Below are positions 18,350 to 21,983 of a DNA stretch of 21,983 nucleotides, in pieces. The DNA is from Chiloscyllium plagiosum (Eukaryota): NCBI RefSeq assembly GCF_004010195.1, contig NC_057718.1:96209049-96231031 (forward strand), in the 5' to 3' direction. The first letter of the stretch is position 1. Every line of letters begins with the position of its first letter. The translations under genes and the position numbers were made by a program. Below the pieces are notes generated by a model. It was given only the letters and a program-made list of their open reading frames with translations. It did not search any database and had not been told where the DNA came from.

Positions 18350-20147
18350 TTCTTGGATGATTACGATGACTATCTCTGTCAGTATTTTCTTTAATATTGG
18401 GGAAAAAAACATATGATCATGTAGGCAGATGAGAGACAGAAAGATGTTATAGTTCATGATGAAAGAGAAAGAGCAGAAGTGATTGGAGTTTTTCACCATG
18501 TTACTGATGTCAAAGCATATGAGAATAGAAGAATAAGGTTGATAATTTCTGGACGTGGTTACACAGGAGATAGTTGGTGACTAGAACCAACACTACCTTG
18601 TTCTCATTGGTAGATGCGAGATGGAATGGAGAGGCAACGATGGGCGAGGTGGATGTCAAGTGTGTTCAGGAAACTTGAAGTAAACAGAAAATTTGAAAAT
18701 TACGTGGCAATGGTTGAGTTCAAATCGCCTTCAGATTGAGGTGATAACAATGATGCAAGCAAAGCCTGGGGTAAATGGTTAAAATAGCATGTGAATTTGC
18801 AAAATGGCATGGAGCAACATGATTCTCCTTTGCTGCAACCATTTTCTTCTAAACTAGAACTTCTATTTATTAAATACTTTAGCGCAGGATGGATTTTTAA
18901 TGGATAGCCAAAGAACAGTTTGAATTGACTAACAGTGGTTGAACATATTACTGGTCATAGAAAACACAGGGGTACAAGTTTGCAATTCTAATGTTGAAGT
19001 TGAAAATTTGGACCGACGGAATATTTTTTAACTTGCATTGCTGGATGGAATTAACTAATTGCAGATTTTTTGTTAGAAAGAATTTTAGGCACTGTGACTG
19101 AGAGAAACATATAACTGACCAACAGTAACAGCCTGGAATTTCCTCAAAAGGTATTTGGGCACCATGATCAATCTGGGGGGATGACAATTTTGAACTGCAA
19201 AGATCAAAAAAATTCGGAGGCAAAGGATGACACTTAATGTTGCACTACACTCAAATCTCCAAAATCATTTGCTTTGCTTCATGGTTTTGATGTTAGCTCT
19301 CAGGTTATTAATGGATAATACAGCTCAGTAGTTAGAATCGAGTTAGTTCCAACTGTGGCTGGTGAAGAGAGAATGTACTCAATCCATGATATTATGCAGG
19401 TATGAAAGTTTCCTACAATAAAGAATATAATGCTCTCACACAATAATGTATCCTTATGTTGGCATAATTATAAACAAACAAAGCAGAGCTGTAACCAAAA
19501 TTAGATACTCACCGCACTACTGCAGATGGCAGTTTATGTAGACATTTTAATGAGATTTAACAAAATAAAGAGAAAATTGAATCAATGCACTGCTCTTTAG
19601 TTTGCTTAAATAGTGTTTTACATTGTGGTGTTTGCGGCATGTTTTTATTCCTGAGCTTGTACCAAAATTACTTGGTAACAGTTAAAAAAAAAACAGATGT
19701 CTACAAAAAGGCAGAAACATACCAAGTGCAATCCAAGTATCGTCCAAACCTCTTTCACATTAGAGGTTGGGATCTGACTCCCTCGAAGGTCCCTGTAGGG
19801 ATGCTTATCCCATTGTCACTCCCTCCAGCCCCTGGGAGCCAGATAATTGGAGCGAAATAAAAAGCACATTTTGGGGCTGGGTTTCATTGGTAAAGAAGAA
19901 GTAAGTTGTAAACTTATGCTTTCTAAATGTTTTGAGGAAGTTGTGGCACATGGAGTAAACCCTCCCCTTTTCTTTCATCTTAAATTCAATGGTGAGATAA
20001 TGAAGCCAGCTTGTTAGAAAAGCTGTGGTATCTTCCACTCAGGTTCCAGTTACAATTCCATCAGGATCCTGTTGAGACCAAAAAACGCAAATCCTTGAGA
20101 CTCCCATCCACTCACTTTGAACTGCCCACCTGCTCTGTTTATAAATA

Positions 20148-20254
20148 CATTAAAAGGGTTCAGAAAACATTCATGTTGCAAAGATTGAAGGGTTTGAGCT
20201 ATAGGGAGACACTGAATAGGCTGGGGCTGTTTTCCCTGGAGCATCGGAGGCTGA
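20148..20254 (+). mobile_element. CR1 fragment
   Basis: Reads IKRVQKTF..LKGLSYRETLNRLGLFSLEHRRL. Confidence 0.85.
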
Positions 20255-20477
20255 TGTGGAACAAAAGTTGACCCTATGTCATTTTAAAATCTTTCTCCTC
20301 TCACCTTAAAAATATACCCCATAATCTTAAAATCCCCTACCCTAGGGAAAAGACACCTGCCATTCACCTTATATATACCACTCATGATTTTATAAAACTT
20401 GAGAAGGTCAACCCTCAACCTCCTCTGCTCCAGTGAAATCTAGTCCCTCACTATAACTCTAATCTTCCATTCCCAGT
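20255..20477 (-). mobile_element. CR1 fragment in opposite orientation
   Basis: Minus strand TTCACTGGAGCAGAGGAGGTTGAGGG...TTTATAAAATCATGAGTGGTATATATAAGGTGAATGGCAGGTGTCTTTTCCCTAGGGTAGGGGATTTTAAGA is homologous to 15005-15190. Confidence 0.85.
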
Positions 20478-21050
20478 TCCATCAGGAAAATGCAGTGACA
20501 GTTTGCTTCCTGTTCTTTTCTGATAAAATCATCAAGAATTTATTTAGTATGTGCTGAGTACCTTCAAGTATATAAATGTACATATTTGCAGGAAATGACA
20601 TCTATGAGATGTTGGTTTCAGTAAAGTTTATCCACTACAAAGACAAATTAGCTCAGAACCTGTAGTAATATTGTCGAAGGAAAAGCAATAATGTTTTGCG
20701 GCCTCTATATATTTCTGCATTATGTCACAACTCCGTTGGGAGGAGTGTGCCAGTAATCGAGCCCTGTTATTCCACAAGACATCATAAATGGCTAGCTAGC
20801 TAATAAAAGCACAGACATGATATATTTGTCAGACTGACTTCTACTCAGTAGAAAAGTAATTCACACCAAATTTCATTCAGTAACAGAAAAATAAATCTAT
20901 TTATCATAAACAAACTTTTTTAAACAAAGACAAACAAATTACTCATTACTATTGTGCAACTTAAGCCATAAGCCTTTCAAACCTCAAACACACACAAAGA
21001 TTCATTCCTAATGTCATGGGTACAAAAGTATACACTGGGAGAAGCAAATT

Positions 21051-21421
21051 CATAGAACATAGAACATAGAACATTACAGCGCAGTACAGGCCCTTTGGCC
21101 CTCAATGTTGCGCCGACCAGTGAAACCAGTCTGAAGCCCATCTAACCTACACTAGCCAATTTTCAATGACCATTTAAATGCCCTTAGAGTTGGCGAGTCT
21201 ACTACTGTTGCAGGCAGGGTTTTCCAAGCCCCTAATACTCTCTGAGTAAAGAAACTACCTCTGACATCTGTCCTATATCTATCACCCCTAAATTTAAAGC
21301 TATGTCCCCTCGTGCTAGCCATCACCAACCAAGGAAAAAAGCTCTCACTGTCCACCCTATCTAATCCTCAGATCATCTTGGTATGTCTCCATGAAATCAC
21401 CTCTTAAATCTCTTCTCTCCA
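21051..21421 (-). mobile_element. CR1 (HER1-like) 3' end with (TTCTATG)n tail
   Basis: ORF 21152..21355(-) reads DSESFFPWLVMASTRGHSFKFRGDRYRTDVRGSFFTQRV; tail (CATAGAA)x3 on +. It is closely related to 9452-9840. Confidence 0.92.
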
Positions 21422-21489
21422 ATCAAAGTACAAGCGACAAGGATTTGATGAGTTGTTTCTCACAGTTATTCTAATGTGTTTAGCGATAG

Positions 21490-21983
21490 TGAGATCGGCG
21501 GGAGCTGGGCGGAAGTGAAGTCGGAGCGCAGAGGTGGTTGGGAAGGTGAGTGACTGTTATTTAAGTAGGTTTGTTCTAAATCCCAGGTCCTACACAGTAG
21601 GGCCTCCCTCCCAACCACCTCCTCTAACTTAAATTAAAAGTCCACATTCTTGCACCAAAATATAGGGGGTCCAGGGAAGTTTCTGTTGAGAAAAGAGCGA
21701 ATCTTTAGCTCAGGAGTCTTCGACAAGGAGGTTGAGTGAAGTGATTACGCCACAGTTGAAGAGGGTGAAGACATGACTGCCAAGCTGATTCAGTGTGCTA
21801 CATGCATGATGTGGGAGGTCAAGGACTCTGGTGTATCTGGCTCGTATATCTGTGGAAAGTGTGTGCATGTTCAGCTACTGACAGAGCATATCGCAACACT
21901 GAAGAAAGAACTCGAGGACCTTAGGCTCATCCAAGAGAACGAGATCTTTCTGGACAGGACCTTCAGCGAGGTTATTACACCGA
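21490..21983 (+). mobile_element. 5' end (5' UTR + ORF1 start) of a CR1 LINE running off the window
   Basis: CpG-retaining start (GAGATCGGCGGGAGCTGGGCGGAAGTG), a hairpin at 21585-21605 followed by a pyrimidine-rich tract, then a CR1-type ORF1. Confidence 0.7.
21773..21983 (+). CDS. CR1 ORF1 protein N-terminus (zinc finger + leucine zipper), partial
   Basis: Open from ATG 21773 to the window end: MTAKLIQCATCMMWEVKDSGVSGSYICGKCVHVQLLTEHIATLKKELEDLRLIQENEIFLDRTFSEVITP. CxxC-x15-CxxC followed by a heptad repeat is typical of vertebrate CR1 ORF1. Confidence 0.8.
   Translation, partial: MTAKLIQCATCMMWEVKDSGVSGSYICGKCVHVQLLTEHIATLKKELEDLRLIQENEIFLDRTFSEVITP

Larger units (their letters stand above)
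16778..18400 (-). mobile_element. Old degenerate CR1 LINE (RT to 3' tail), interrupted by a SINE and a minisatellite
   Basis: Tail-like start GTAGAAGCAGAAGGAAACCAATCAGCCC; GTGCCATCTACAAACT (reverse of KF[A/V]DDT-type codons) near 17570; CTTTATCAAA..TTGGAAATCCAAATATATTACA (reverse of IYLDFQ..FDK) near 17810. Homology appears to resume after 18165. Confidence 0.75.

Noticed and set aside
19303..19399. Plus-strand exon candidate (CTCTCAG|...GCAG|GTATGA)
   Set aside because: Stops occur in all three frames and there is no other support.
20723..21050. Possible LTR fragment starting TGTCAC
   Set aside because: No matching terminal inverted end, TSD, PBS/PPT or second LTR is visible; the resemblance is impressionistic only.

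Overview
This is AT-rich, repeat-dense eukaryotic DNA, most likely intergenic or intronic sequence from a shark (elasmobranch), judged from HE1/V-SINE-like and HER1/CR1-like repeats recognised by eye. No host protein-coding gene can be supported. Nearly all ORFs in the track are chance frames or pieces of decayed transposons. The window holds many CR1 LINE fragments (including the 5' end and open ORF1 start of a CR1 at the right edge), Tx1-clade 3' ends stacked around a tRNA-Val pseudogene, two Rex1/Babar fragments, an internally deleted PIF/Harbinger transposase, several tRNA-derived SINEs, a Penelope-like GIY-YIG fragment, and simple repeats. The most interesting structures are: (i) a near-intact minimal hammerhead ribozyme at the Penelope 3' end plus decayed hammerhead motifs in a second short repeat family; (ii) a 240-bp near-perfect palindrome of that family centred next to the hammerhead and flanked by a 12-bp direct repeat; (iii) the tRNA-adjacent pile-up of Tx1 3' ends; (iv) a 44-bp local inverted duplication inserted into a CR1 tail. 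Family names come from recalled motifs, not database searches, and most repeat boundaries are approximate (about +/-10-30 bp).
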